The position numbers and the translations under genes were made by a program. From the NCBI GenBank assembly GCA_963719495.1, contig CAVRCI010000014.1:1-64000 (forward strand): 64,000 nucleotides of DNA, given 5' to 3'. Under the pieces are notes generated by a model, which saw nothing but the letters and a program-made list of their open reading frames with translations, ran no database searches and was not told where the DNA came from. Shown one piece after another: positions 11,301 through 20,413 of the stretch (position 1 is the stretch's first letter; every line of letters starts with the position of its first letter). This DNA comes from an uncultured Verrucomicrobiae bacterium (lineage in GTDB: Bacteria; Verrucomicrobiota; Verrucomicrobiia; Chthoniobacterales; JAATET01).

Positions 11301-11459
11301 GCCCGGGTAGGCTGTCGTGATGATCGCCTCGCGGATGGTGAGCTGCGGATCTTCGGTCGCCGGAAGACTGAAGTAGCTGACGCCGCCGAGCACCATGAGC
11401 GCGCCAACGATCATGAGGGTGAGCCGCTGATAGCGGAAGGCGAGGAGGGTTAGGTTCAT
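8334..11459 (-). CDS. RND efflux transporter permease (AcrB/AcrD/AcrF family)
   Basis: 1041 aa with YPGMSPERVE, GLLVDNGIVVAE, NNAIVLID and RLKPIVMTT motifs. Confidence 0.95.
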   Translation of the reverse strand: MNLTLLAFRYQRLTLMIVGALMVLGGVSYFSLPATEDPQLTIREAIITTAYPGMSPERVERLITKPLEEAIVQVPEIEEVRSVSQAGLSIIYPKVYDKYFDLDRIFTDLRDRVRDATPNLPDGTRPPLVNDDFGDVAVVTAALTAPDFETATLVDIANHVRDQLYAIPGTKRVDVLGIQEERIYVEVSNARLAGLGLTVDQLAGILADQNIISSGGEIDSGGRSFVVEPTGNFEDIVQIRQLPIPLPDNAGTIRLGDVAEVHRGTIDPPERKAYFNGEPAIIFSIAMDRGRSVLDYGVIVKKRLHDLEATLPVGFQIGIATYQAEQVANAVYGVSINVLQTLFIVLAVVVLFLGLRTGLIVGTIVPAVMLITLAIMAFTGMTLERMSLATLVIALGLLVDNGIVVAEDFKRRLEEGADRDEALRLVGKELTVPLLTSSLTTILVFLPLMLAQHSAGEYTRSISLVILISLLTSWLLAMTVTPLLCHHFIRVEATQSDNPASARDNFMKRIFHWMDTRYESILRGVLAHRGVFLCLMAALLFSAVAGIAFVPKKFFPDSDRAQITATIDLPAGVSSRVTDDAVRRIFEALDDKDRFPHIGSVSGYVGFGGPRFVLSLTPIDPAPNKAFFVFNVDSPRHLDATEATLREVFLANFPDLQARPAKMFLGPSDSTKLEYQLRGPDADFLFEQATRLEAIFAAIPGAIDIRHDWENRVPKINVEVDQTSARRVGITSADVSASLDQYFSGRVISEFREGDSTFPIIARAEEAERFNLDRLKTLNIYPQRSADPVPLMQIADFRIENEFARIARRDLSRAITVEARNTTLSAEDMDGLVSEEIAAFRQALPPGYELVSEGVIKESAEGQAALTKNVPLCFAIITVLLVGQFNSFKRTAIILITLPLILIGAVAGLYLFRENFGFMIILGLYALMGILMNNAIVLIDRIDIERSEASQSDLEAIVSACVRRLKPIVMTTLTTVVGLSPLIITGDALFAGMSAAIGIGLFVGTVLTLGVVPVLFSLFFGISPSEEKSQLPSPCQKLVLT

Positions 11460-11479
11460 TCCGGGCGTGGGACTTGGAC

Positions 11480-12598
11480 CTACGGGTTGTAGCGGTCGAT
11501 TCCTTCCCCAAGCAGTTCCACCGCCTGGCCGTCGCTGAGAAATGGGAGTCCCTTCGTCGCAATCACGTCGCCCGGGACGAGGCCGTTGCTGACGATGGCG
11601 TGATCTTCGTTCATCTCGGCGATCTCGACCTCGCGGAGAGTGAGAGTTTTTGCAGTCGGATCAAAAACGAAGGATTCCATCGTGTCGCGGGAACCGGACC
11701 GAAAGGCGGTGAGCGGGATCTGAACGGAGCCGGGACTGGCCGATCCGTCGGTGGGGACGGCCAGGGAGACTTCGGCGGTCATCCCGGGGCGGAGATCGGC
11801 GGGAGGGTCGACCAGGTGGAGCTTCGCGGGGATGGCGTTGCCATCGGACGTGCGGGAACTGATCTCGGTCACGCGACCGGTAAGGGTGAGGTCGGGGCGA
11901 GCTGGGAACGTCACGGCGTGGGAGGATCCAATCGGAAGCTTGCGACCGATGCGCTCGGGGACGGAGAAGATGGCCTCGATGCCGGCGGCGTGGCCTTGAA
12001 TCTCGTAGACGGGATCGCCGGGGGTGACCTGTTGCGCGGGCTCAACGAGGCGCTCGGAGACTTCGCCGGCGTAGGGGGCGTGGAGTTCGGTGTCGGCAAG
12101 GTCTTTTTCCGCGAGGGCAACGGCGGCTTCGGCTTGGGCCACGCGGCTGGCGGAAGAATTAGCCGTTTGCTGGGCGGCGTCGAATTCCTGGCGGGAGAAG
12201 ACGCCAGATGTGACAAGCTGGCTGGCGCGGCGGAAATTTTCGGACGCTTCGTTGGCCGCGGCGCGGGCCTCGATGAGGCTGGCGCGCCGCTGGGCAACGG
12301 AGAGGCGGTAGGTGCGATCATCGAGACTTGCGAGGACTTCTCCGGCTTCGAAGCGTTCTCCGATTTCCTTGGCCACCGAGGCAACGCGACCACCGACTTC
12401 GAAGGCGAGTGGTGCGCGTTGGACGGCGCGAACGGTGGCAGGAAGCCGGACTGCGAGCGTGGCTGGGAGCCGCTCGACCTCGGTCCAGGCGATGGGGCGC
12501 GGGGTCGGCGGAGGTGGCTCGGCACCGGGACCGCAACCGACGAAAAGAACGACTCCTCCGAGCGCGAGGGACGGAACTGAATGACGAATTGAAGGCAT
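11480..12598 (-). CDS. RND efflux periplasmic adaptor (MFP) lipoprotein
   Basis: Lipobox-like FVGC, AFEVGGRV, LHAPYAGEV and LRPGMTAEV. Adjacent to the RND permease. Confidence 0.92.
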   Translation of the reverse strand: MPSIRHSVPSLALGGVVLFVGCGPGAEPPPPTPRPIAWTEVERLPATLAVRLPATVRAVQRAPLAFEVGGRVASVAKEIGERFEAGEVLASLDDRTYRLSVAQRRASLIEARAAANEASENFRRASQLVTSGVFSRQEFDAAQQTANSSASRVAQAEAAVALAEKDLADTELHAPYAGEVSERLVEPAQQVTPGDPVYEIQGHAAGIEAIFSVPERIGRKLPIGSSHAVTFPARPDLTLTGRVTEISSRTSDGNAIPAKLHLVDPPADLRPGMTAEVSLAVPTDGSASPGSVQIPLTAFRSGSRDTMESFVFDPTAKTLTLREVEIAEMNEDHAIVSNGLVPGDVIATKGLPFLSDGQAVELLGEGIDRYNP

Positions 12599-12670
12599 GA
12601 TGAATCAGTCCGGGTATCGGGTTTACGTCCTGGCTTTCGTTTTCAGATTTGGAAGACGGAACGGTGAATA

Positions 12671-12689
12671 AAACGAAACGGTTTCGTTT
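12671..12689. promoter_or_regulatory. Probable TetR operator AAACGAAAC-G-GTTTCGTTT
   Basis: Perfect 9-bp inverted repeat with a 1-bp spacer between the divergent MFP and TetR genes. Confidence 0.7.
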
Positions 12690-12703
12690 CGTTTGGTGAC
12701 GTT

Positions 12704-13372
12704 ATGAACGGGTTGCCGCCTTGTCAATCGAGATGGTCACGATTAGCGTTTCGCGTGGCCTTGAGTGATTCGACCGTTTCCGACTCCCGCTTTTCAAAGA
12801 AAGCGCGGACCATCCTGAGTGCGGCGAGGGAGGTTTTCCTGGCTTCGGGATTCGAGGGAGCGAGCACGGATGAGATCGTGAGAAATGCGCGGGTTTCCAA
12901 AGCGACGGTGTATCGGCATTTCTCCGACAAGACGGCGTTGTTCGAGGCGGTGATCGAGCTGGAGTGCCAGGAAATGTCGCGGCGGACGGCGGCCGTGAAG
13001 GTCGGAAGCGGGACGCTGGAGGAGCAATTGGAGGAGTTGGCGAGTGACTACCTCAAATTCCTGCTGACGCCCTTTTGTCAACGGATCTACCGCATCGCGA
13101 TCGCGGAATCGTCGCGCAAGCCGGAAGTCGGCCGAGCCTTTTACAAGGCGGGGCCGGAGCTTGGCGCGAAATTGTTGGGCGCGCGCCTGCAGTCGATGGA
13201 GGGACTGCGGATCGGCGATCCGGACCTGGCGGCGCTTCAGTTCGTGGAGCTGTGCAAATGCGGAGGGTTCTGGCCGGTCTTTCTGGGGGTGAGAAAGCGA
13301 GTGACGAAGGCAGAGATCGCTTCAGCAGCACGTGAAGCGACGCGGATGTTTTTGCGCGGCTACGGAAATTAA
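12704..13372 (+). CDS. TetR/AcrR-family regulator
   Basis: ILSAAREVFLASGFEGASTDEIVRNARVSKATVYRHF HTH, divergent from the efflux genes. The true start may be downstream (about 12761). Confidence 0.92.
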   Translation: MNGLPPCQSRWSRLAFRVALSDSTVSDSRFSKKARTILSAAREVFLASGFEGASTDEIVRNARVSKATVYRHFSDKTALFEAVIELECQEMSRRTAAVKVGSGTLEEQLEELASDYLKFLLTPFCQRIYRIAIAESSRKPEVGRAFYKAGPELGAKLLGARLQSMEGLRIGDPDLAALQFVELCKCGGFWPVFLGVRKRVTKAEIASAAREATRMFLRGYGN

Positions 13373-14244
13373 GTCCGGCGCAGTGGTTGGGAAGCTTCGG
13401 CGAGGAGACCAGTCCAGACGTGGCGGATGTCGTCGCCGAGGACGATGGCGTCTTCCCAGACGTTGGGGAAGCAGTCGAGGCCGTATTCGCCGACGGGTCC
13501 CAGCTCGGGGACGACCCAGAGTTCATTGCCGGGGCGGGGACCCGCGAGCCAGTGGCGGAGTCCGGTGCGGATGAAGGGCTGGACGTTGCGGTAGGCGCGG
13601 GAAAATGCGCCACGCCCATCCGTGACGGGGACCTGGCAATGGCTGCCGTTGAAGGGGCGGACGTGCCAGAGGCGGCTCCGTTGGAAGAGCGGGATGTCGT
13701 CGAAGAGGCGCGCCGCGAACTCGTCGGGCGCGAGGTGTTTGATGATGGCGGGATGGGAGAAATCGAAATTCACGAGCGGCGCCCGCCCGGTCGCTCTCCG
13801 GACGCCGTCGATGATGGCGGTGGTCTTCTCCGGGGTCTCCGTGCAGGTGTTGCGGTGAATCTCGAGGTGGACGTGGGCTCTCTGGCGGTCGGCTTCTTCC
13901 ATGAGCAGGCCCGTGAGCCGGATCGCTTCGCCGGTGGGGGTGTCGTGATCGGCGAGTTGACAGTTCATCGGACCGTCGCCCACCGCGAGGTTGGCGCGGA
14001 TCGCGGGGGCAAATTGCTCGGTGGCGTCGGCGTCGAAAGCTCCGGCAAAACGGAGGCCGTGCCGGTTGAGAAGTCCGGCGAGAGCCGGGTCTCCAAGCGG
14101 GCAGCTGACGGCTTGGAATCCGGCCGCGGCGACGCGGGCCAGTTGCTCGTCGAGCGTCCAGGGACACTCCCGAGACGGGAGGTCGGTGAACGTCCAAAGG
14201 TTGACGCAGATGACGAGTCCCGGGGGTGGGGTCGGGGCACTCAA
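13369..14244 (-). CDS. Xylose-isomerase-like TIM barrel (sugar phosphate isomerase/epimerase family)
   Basis: C-terminal part of ORF 13369..14916 with LEIHRNTCTE, DFSHP, HVRPFNG and PELGP. TTG 14244 overlaps the upstream stop. Confidence 0.7.
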   Translation of the reverse strand: MSAPTPPPGLVICVNLWTFTDLPSRECPWTLDEQLARVAAAGFQAVSCPLGDPALAGLLNRHGLRFAGAFDADATEQFAPAIRANLAVGDGPMNCQLADHDTPTGEAIRLTGLLMEEADRQRAHVHLEIHRNTCTETPEKTTAIIDGVRRATGRAPLVNFDFSHPAIIKHLAPDEFAARLFDDIPLFQRSRLWHVRPFNGSHCQVPVTDGRGAFSRAYRNVQPFIRTGLRHWLAGPRPGNELWVVPELGPVGEYGLDCFPNVWEDAIVLGDDIRHVWTGLLAEASQPLRRT

Positions 14245-15059
14245 TGGGCTTTGATGCCTTTGTCGCGCCGCGCCTGCATGACCTCGGGATGGTCGCGGGT
14301 CGGGTCGGCGAGTTTTTGGTTCAACGGATTGCCGCCACGGGCCTGATACATGAGCTGCACGTCGGCAAACTCCGGGTTGAGCCGGCACGTCGCGGGGATG
14401 AATCGCATCGTCCAGCCGCAGCGGCGGAGGTCGGAGGTGTTCGGCGCGCTGCCGTGCTGGGTGCGGGCGTCGTGTAGCGAGCATTCGTTCGGATCGAGTT
14501 CGCAGGGGACGGCGAGTTCGTCCTTGCGCTGGCTGGCGAGGATCTCGGTGGGAAAAACGCTCTTGGTGACGTCGACGTCCTCGTAGTCCGAGAACCCCAT
14601 GCGACCGGTGTTGTGCGAGCGGGGGATGACGTTCATGCAGCCATTGATTTTTTTGGATGGATCCAAGGCGAGCCAGACGGTGGCGACCTCCATGGGCTCG
14701 AGCAGGCGCCGCCAGTAAGCGCTGTCCTCGTGCCAGGGGACGCGGCGTCCATCGCCCTTGGGTTTGCAGATGAAGTGGGTGGAAAACAGGAGGATGTCGG
14801 GGCCGAGGAGCGGCTCGACAAGGTCGACGACCTCGGGCGCGAGGGCCCACTCGAGCAGGGCGTGGTCGTTGAAATGGGGCGTGTCCATCGCCTCGGGGCG
14901 TTCGTCCTTCGGCCAATCGGCGAGCTTGGTATCGAAGTGATCGACGAGGCGGGTGAATTTGGCGTCTTCGAAGACTTTCACTCCCGGCAGCACGTAGCCC
15001 TCGGTGCGGTAGTGCTCGACGTGTTCGGGAGTCAGACGGGGAGTGGTTTGAGTGGTCAT
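14241..15059 (-). CDS. Phytanoyl-CoA dioxygenase-family (Fe/2OG) protein
   Basis: YRTEGY, CKPKGDG, PWHED (HxD), WLALD...NGCM and HGSAPNTSDLRR. Confidence 0.88.
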   Translation of the reverse strand: MTTQTTPRLTPEHVEHYRTEGYVLPGVKVFEDAKFTRLVDHFDTKLADWPKDERPEAMDTPHFNDHALLEWALAPEVVDLVEPLLGPDILLFSTHFICKPKGDGRRVPWHEDSAYWRRLLEPMEVATVWLALDPSKKINGCMNVIPRSHNTGRMGFSDYEDVDVTKSVFPTEILASQRKDELAVPCELDPNECSLHDARTQHGSAPNTSDLRRCGWTMRFIPATCRLNPEFADVQLMYQARGGNPLNQKLADPTRDHPEVMQARRDKGIKAH

Positions 15060-15161
15060 GATGGGAAGCATCGTAACCGGGTTGAATTGATATTTCGTCC
15101 TCTCAAATGACAAAAACATGCCCTTGATTGACATCGGAGGGGAGGGTGCGAATCTCGATTC

Positions 15162-16625
15162 ATGCCGACGCGCCCGCACCTGCTTCTGTTCAATCCCGAT
15201 CAGTGGCGGGGAGATTTCCTGGGCCACCTGGGCTGCCCGGCCGCGGCCACGCCGACGGTTGATCGCCTGGTGCGCGAGGAGGCGGTGTCGTTCCGAAATA
15301 CGTTCTGCCAGAATCCCGTCTGCACGCCGAGCCGGTGCTCGTTCATGACCGGTTGGTATCCGCACGTCCGGGGGCACCGCACGATGCATCACCTCCTGGA
15401 CCCCAGCGAGCCGTGTCTGCTGCGGCGACTGAAGGAATCGGGCTATTACGTCTTTTGGGCTGGGAAGAATGATCTGATTTCGGCCGAGCATTCGCTGGAT
15501 CCGTATTGCGACGAAAGGAGCGCGCCGGATGTCGAGCAGCCGTCGAGTCACTCGCTACTCGACGATGCCGCCGAGCCGTATTCCTTTTTTCTGGGTCGCC
15601 TCGCGCACGATCCCGCGGGGGGCGTTTATCGGGACGGAGATTGGGCGCACGTGTTGGCGGCGATCGAACGGATTCGATCGTATCCAGACAGCGACGCGGC
15701 GCGGGCCGGTCGACCGCTTTGCCTTTACCTCCCGATCAGCTATCCGCACCCGCCCTACGGAGTCGAGGAGCCGTTCTTTTCGATCATCGACCGGGGTGCG
15801 GTCACGGATCCTCTGCCCGCCGGGGATGACAAATCGTCCATGCTCGCAGGCATCAGGAAGAACCAGGGGCTTGAAGAGTGGACGCCGGAGCAGTGGCGCG
15901 AATTGCGGGCCGTCTATCTCGGGATGTGCGCGCGGGTGGACGAACAATTTCGGCGGGTGCTGGACGCGTTGCGAGAGGTGGGTCTTTACGACGAGACCGC
16001 CGCGTTCTTTTTCTCCGATCACGGGGACTACACGGGGGATTACGGCATCGTCGAGAAGGCGCAAAATACGTTTGAAGACTGCGTGACCCGGGTGCCGATG
16101 ATCGTAAAACCTCCGGCGGGCGTCGAGTGCCGCCCGGGCATTCGCGATGGGTTGGTGGAACTCATCGATCTCCCGGCGACCATCGAAGACCTCTGTGATC
16201 TGCCGGTCGAACACACGCATTTCGGGCGGTCGTTGCGGGAGGCTTTGTCGAATCCTCGGCCGGAGTTGCGCGAGGCGGTCTTCTGCGAAGGGGGGCGACT
16301 CCCGGACGAGCAGCACACGCGCGAGGCGCAATCGGGAGAGGACGCCGACCAGCACTCGCCTTACGACCCGCGGCTGGCGCTGCAAGTGGGCGACGGACCG
16401 GAACACGGCAAGGGGGTGATGTGCCGAACCGCCCGGTTCAAATACGTCCGCCGCTTGTTGGAGCGGGATGAATTCTACGATCTCGAACTCGATCCGGGTG
16501 AACTGACGAACCAGATCGATCATCCCGATTACGCGGACACCGTGTCCGAATTAAGGGACCGGATCCTCACCTGGTTCCTCGAGACGGGAGACGTCGTCCC
16601 GTTCGCGCAGGGACGGAGGTGGTAA
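15162..16625 (+). CDS. Cys-type sulfatase
   Basis: PDQWRGD, CTPSR (CxPxR), PHPP, SDHGD and EFYDLELDPGE. No signal peptide. Confidence 0.92.
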   Translation: MPTRPHLLLFNPDQWRGDFLGHLGCPAAATPTVDRLVREEAVSFRNTFCQNPVCTPSRCSFMTGWYPHVRGHRTMHHLLDPSEPCLLRRLKESGYYVFWAGKNDLISAEHSLDPYCDERSAPDVEQPSSHSLLDDAAEPYSFFLGRLAHDPAGGVYRDGDWAHVLAAIERIRSYPDSDAARAGRPLCLYLPISYPHPPYGVEEPFFSIIDRGAVTDPLPAGDDKSSMLAGIRKNQGLEEWTPEQWRELRAVYLGMCARVDEQFRRVLDALREVGLYDETAAFFFSDHGDYTGDYGIVEKAQNTFEDCVTRVPMIVKPPAGVECRPGIRDGLVELIDLPATIEDLCDLPVEHTHFGRSLREALSNPRPELREAVFCEGGRLPDEQHTREAQSGEDADQHSPYDPRLALQVGDGPEHGKGVMCRTARFKYVRRLLERDEFYDLELDPGELTNQIDHPDYADTVSELRDRILTWFLETGDVVPFAQGRRW

Positions 16626-16642
16626 TCCTAGAAACGCAAATG

Positions 16643-16772
16643 GACAGGATTGCCAGGATTTTAAGGATTCAATTCCAGTTTCTTCCGCGAAATTTTCATC
16701 TCTCTCAGCGAGTGAAGAAGTCGATCGGCCCAACTTCCTCTTCATCATCCTGTCAATCCCGTAGATCCTGTC
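16643..16772. repeat. Small inverted-repeat element with 9-nt periodic (AC)AGGAT / ATCCTGT arms
   Basis: GACAGGATTGCCAGGATTTTAAGGAT at 16643-16668 faces ATCCTGTCAATCCCGTAGATCCTGTC at 16747-16772, around an AT-richer spacer. Confidence 0.55.
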
Positions 16773-16922
16773 TCAATATTCTTTCAAGGGTGACGTGCGC
16801 TCCGCAGCGGACCCCGGGCGGCGCCCTGATGCAACCAAACGAATCGACCCTTCGGTTCACGGGTGGTCTCGCGCAACGCTCGCCTGATCGGATCTGCACC
16901 GCTTCATCCCCTACTACTCACT

Positions 16923-17876
16923 TTGAAATCGATCATTTTCCCCGAAAAAGAAGTCGCCATCCTGTTGGAGACTTCCGCGAAACTTCCGGACCCAGCCCCT
17001 GGCGAAGTGACGGTGAAGACCGTTGGGTGCGGCATCTGCCAGGTCGAAATTAAAACGTTCAAAGGTCTTCTGGACCCGGCATTTCCCGCGCACTCCCTCG
17101 GCCACGAGAGCGTGGGCTTCGTTGACAAGGTCGGGAGCGACGTTCGGGATCTGCACGAGGGGGACTTCGTCACCACACTCTGGGCGCCCGGGTTCAACGA
17201 GCAATTCAACGTGCGCGCCGATTGGGCGGTGAAATTGGGTGAGCCGGATCCAGAAAATGCGTGCCATTGGATCTCGGAACCGGCTGCCTGCGCGCTGAAT
17301 GGCTTCATCAGCGCCGACATCAAGCCTGGTGACCGGGTCTGTCTGCTCGGCGCCGGATACATGGGGCTGCTGCTGACGCAGATCGGCCAGCGGTCGGCCC
17401 GTTCCGAGTTCGTGGTCTGCGACCGCGTTCCGGGCAAACTTCAGCACGCCATGGCGCTGGGGGCCACCAGCGTGATCGATGCAAATCACACGGACGTCGC
17501 GGAGGCGGCGGCATCGCGTCCGTTTGACTTAGTCATCGAAGCCACCGGAGCGGCGAACATGATTCAAAAATCCGTCGAATGCTGCCGGGTGGGCGGCAGG
17601 GTCGTGGTCTTCGCGGACCACCGCCATCATCGGAACGAGACGGTGGACTGGGCACCCTTCGTGGAAAAAGCGGTGACGCTGGCGGTCTCCAATCCCGGAA
17701 GTCATCCGGATTTTCCCGCCGTCTGGCGCCAGAGCGTCTCCCTGATGAAGTCTGGATTTTTCGACCAGACGTCGCTGATCAGCCACCGGTGGAACGTCGA
17801 GCAATGCGGCGAAGCGATGCGCGATGCCGCGCATCCAGGCGAAGACTACATCAAGGGATATTTTTCCTGGGAGTAG
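16923..17876 (+). CDS. Zn-dependent (MDR) alcohol/sugar dehydrogenase
   Basis: CGIC, LGHE, EPAACA, GAGYMG Rossmann motif and DLVIEATG. The four-Cys structural Zn loop is absent. TTG start inferred. Confidence 0.85.
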   Translation: MKSIIFPEKEVAILLETSAKLPDPAPGEVTVKTVGCGICQVEIKTFKGLLDPAFPAHSLGHESVGFVDKVGSDVRDLHEGDFVTTLWAPGFNEQFNVRADWAVKLGEPDPENACHWISEPAACALNGFISADIKPGDRVCLLGAGYMGLLLTQIGQRSARSEFVVCDRVPGKLQHAMALGATSVIDANHTDVAEAAASRPFDLVIEATGAANMIQKSVECCRVGGRVVVFADHRHHRNETVDWAPFVEKAVTLAVSNPGSHPDFPAVWRQSVSLMKSGFFDQTSLISHRWNVEQCGEAMRDAAHPGEDYIKGYFSWE

Positions 17877-18163
17877 CTGACTAAGCGCCTTTCGCATCAA
17901 GAAGCACGCATTCGCGGTCGATGGGCCATCGCGGATTCCCGGCGGATGGCACCATGCGACGTGTTTTATCGTTGCCCCTTTTCCCTCCAAGAAATCGAAC
18001 CGCGTCCGGCAGAGCATGGAGCTCGTGGACACGGGACACCCTTTTCCCGGGGAACCCTGATAGACCCGCTTCTCGAAAAACGGGGGATTCCGTTCCGGCT
18101 CGCCGACGGGGTCCGTCGGGAGAGTGAGCGGTTACAGGCGTGCGGTGACGCTGTCGGGCCCCA

Positions 18164-19216
18164 TTATTTTTCACCCGTGGATTCCATAAAAAAGTAGAGA
18201 TCCCGCCACGTATCGACGTCCGGATACCCGAGGGTTCCCGGGGGGATCTCCAGTCGGGCTTCGCGGTCCGGAGTGCCATCGGCGCGAGTGGGAAACGACG
18301 CCGCGCGCCGCGCCGCTTCCACGTCCGCCGGATCGTCTTCGTCGGCAATGAACACCTCGTCGAACACGGTGGAGGAGCCCTCCCGCCGGATCATGTGGCC
18401 ATCGGGAAACGGGTCCGTCGTTTTCCCGCCGGGCACGACGTTGACGTTGGAGAGCGGGATGTTCCGATTCACGCCCGGTTCGGCGGGCTCGTCGAAGAGA
18501 AAGACAAACGCGTAGCGCGTGTTCGGCTCGAGCGGGATCTGATCGTCGCCGGTGAACTCCCACCGCAGGTAATCGTTCGTCTCCAGCCCATCGGGGATGA
18601 CTCCGCCCGTCGCGACGTGGAAAGGCCGATAAGTTTCCCCCTCGAGAAAGTCGTCGGTGAAAGCCTTGATCGGTCGGCGGTCCGGCACGTTGCCGTCCGC
18701 TGGATCGTGCGGCCAGGAGAACGCAAACGTGTCCCAGCGGGGGTTCGCGTGCTGGTCGCCCGGCTCGGTGCCGTTGGCGTTGACCTTCGGCTCACCGTCC
18801 ACCTCGAAGAATTGAACCGACACGGGTGCGCCGGTCGGATCCGCCTCCGCGACGTCGACCGGCTGCAGCCGCACGGTGATCGCGCCGAGGCGGAAGCCGT
18901 CAGCGCCCGTCCGAAAGGTCTGACCCAGATCGCGGTCCCGGAAGAAGTAATGGGCTTCCGCTGGATCCGCCTGGATCGCGGCGTCGTCCCGGGTGGGATC
19001 GGGATCGAACGCGAGGGGATCCGTCTTGGTCGCCGCACCCGAGCGCGGGGCGTAGTAACGAAAACTCGTCGGACCCGTCTCGTCGCGGATCGTTTGCTTG
19101 ATCTGGACGAGATCTCCGGTCGGCGGACCCTCGACTTCGGTCACGGCGAGGCCAGCCATTGCCGGCAGAATCGGGGCGATGGCGACGAGGAAGATCGGGT
19201 GTCTGATGGGGAACAT
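18164..19216 (-). CDS. Secreted hypothetical protein
   Basis: Signal-like N-terminus MFPIRHPIFLVAIAPILPAMA and an acidic, beta-rich body. No family recognised. Confidence 0.65.
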   Translation of the reverse strand: MFPIRHPIFLVAIAPILPAMAGLAVTEVEGPPTGDLVQIKQTIRDETGPTSFRYYAPRSGAATKTDPLAFDPDPTRDDAAIQADPAEAHYFFRDRDLGQTFRTGADGFRLGAITVRLQPVDVAEADPTGAPVSVQFFEVDGEPKVNANGTEPGDQHANPRWDTFAFSWPHDPADGNVPDRRPIKAFTDDFLEGETYRPFHVATGGVIPDGLETNDYLRWEFTGDDQIPLEPNTRYAFVFLFDEPAEPGVNRNIPLSNVNVVPGGKTTDPFPDGHMIRREGSSTVFDEVFIADEDDPADVEAARRAASFPTRADGTPDREARLEIPPGTLGYPDVDTWRDLYFFMESTGEK

Positions 19217-19251
19217 AATCGGGAAAGTGTGCGCGGCATCGAGCCGCACGA

Positions 19252-20253
19252 TCAAGCGGCGGGGTGCAAGCTCCCGGCAAGGTCCGCGATGCGGGTGTTG
19301 GGTAGATATTCCCAAGTCTCGGAGCGTTCGATGGACTGGCCGGGGGCGATGATTTCGAGCGGGCCGTGGTGTTCGAGTTCGAGGAGATCGGGTTCGCCGG
19401 GGGTTCGTCCGCGGAAAATTTCGACCGGCGCGTGTCCCGGCGGGACGCGGTCCGGCGGGGTGAGGTCGAAGCGAATGACGATGAGGCCGCCACCGACCTC
19501 ACTGGCGATGAGCCCGGCGCTGGGGCGAAGGAAAGCCTTGGCCCGCGTCTCACCGGGCCTGAGCTCGACGGAATGGAAGCCGTTCACGTATCGGCTGATT
19601 CCCCCGTCGGCGAGGCGGACGTGGGAGGCCGTGCGGATAGGAACGAACTCGCGACCGGTCGCGGGAGCGCGGAAATTGAACCAGAGATTGCGCGCGATGG
19701 GACGGTCGCGGGTATTGGTCAGCCGGGCGTGACAGCGGACTCGGCCGTCGGGGAGGATCTCGAAGGTCTTTCGGAGAGCGGTGCCCGTGTGCGGCGACGC
19801 CGGACTCTCGAACGCGAGGCGGGCCACGTCGCGCTCGACCAGGCAATGGGGCGCGGCGGTGAGAATGGGATCCGGTGGCCAGACGGAGCGGCTGTCGCGG
19901 AAGTCGGAGTGGAGATCCTGATCGGTCCACCAGGTTGATTGCGGACCAACCCACACGACGTGACCGCGACCGGGATCGCAATCGAGGAGCGGGGTCGGAT
20001 CGGGCCAGCCGACCGGGTGGGTCGCGCCCCCGGCTGGAGTCGGGTCGAGCAGGTCCGGGCTGCCGTCGTGCTTCCAGACGATGGCGCGGGCACCGAGGCC
20101 GGGGAGAATTCCGAGGGTCGTCCGCGCCGCCGAGAGGGTGATCATCCGCGGCGGGCCGAGCGCGGCCGACCGCGGGGATTCGTGAGCCCGCCGATCCCGG
20201 TCCGCCCGCGATGCTTTGGGGGCAGGCTCCGCGAGCAGCGTGTCGTTCGTCAT
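19252..20253 (-). CDS. DUF4380-like / aldose-epimerase-fold protein
   Basis: PGLGARAI..., GHVVWVGPQ..W...WPPDP and ELEHHGP...PGQSIE..ETW pattern. Start at 20253 inferred. Confidence 0.5.
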   Translation of the reverse strand: MTNDTLLAEPAPKASRADRDRRAHESPRSAALGPPRMITLSAARTTLGILPGLGARAIVWKHDGSPDLLDPTPAGGATHPVGWPDPTPLLDCDPGRGHVVWVGPQSTWWTDQDLHSDFRDSRSVWPPDPILTAAPHCLVERDVARLAFESPASPHTGTALRKTFEILPDGRVRCHARLTNTRDRPIARNLWFNFRAPATGREFVPIRTASHVRLADGGISRYVNGFHSVELRPGETRAKAFLRPSAGLIASEVGGGLIVIRFDLTPPDRVPPGHAPVEIFRGRTPGEPDLLELEHHGPLEIIAPGQSIERSETWEYLPNTRIADLAGSLHPAA

Positions 20254-20303
20254 GTCGACGAAGGTCGTCCCATGAGCGGCCGCGGGCGGCAAGGGCGGTG
20301 GTG

Positions 20304-20348
20304 TGCAATTCGATGCGTCCGCGCCGCGACAGCTTGCAACAAATTGCA
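20304..20348. promoter_or_regulatory. Two TGCA-N6-TGCA-type operator-like sites
   Basis: TGCAATTCGATGCG (20304-20317) and TGCAACAAATTGCA (20335-20348) lie between divergent genes. Confidence 0.6.
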
Positions 20349-20413
20349 CGCGATCCGACTTTTCTGGCAGACCACGGATGGACACGCTACCTCTCCGTTT
20401 CAACCCCGCTCTG

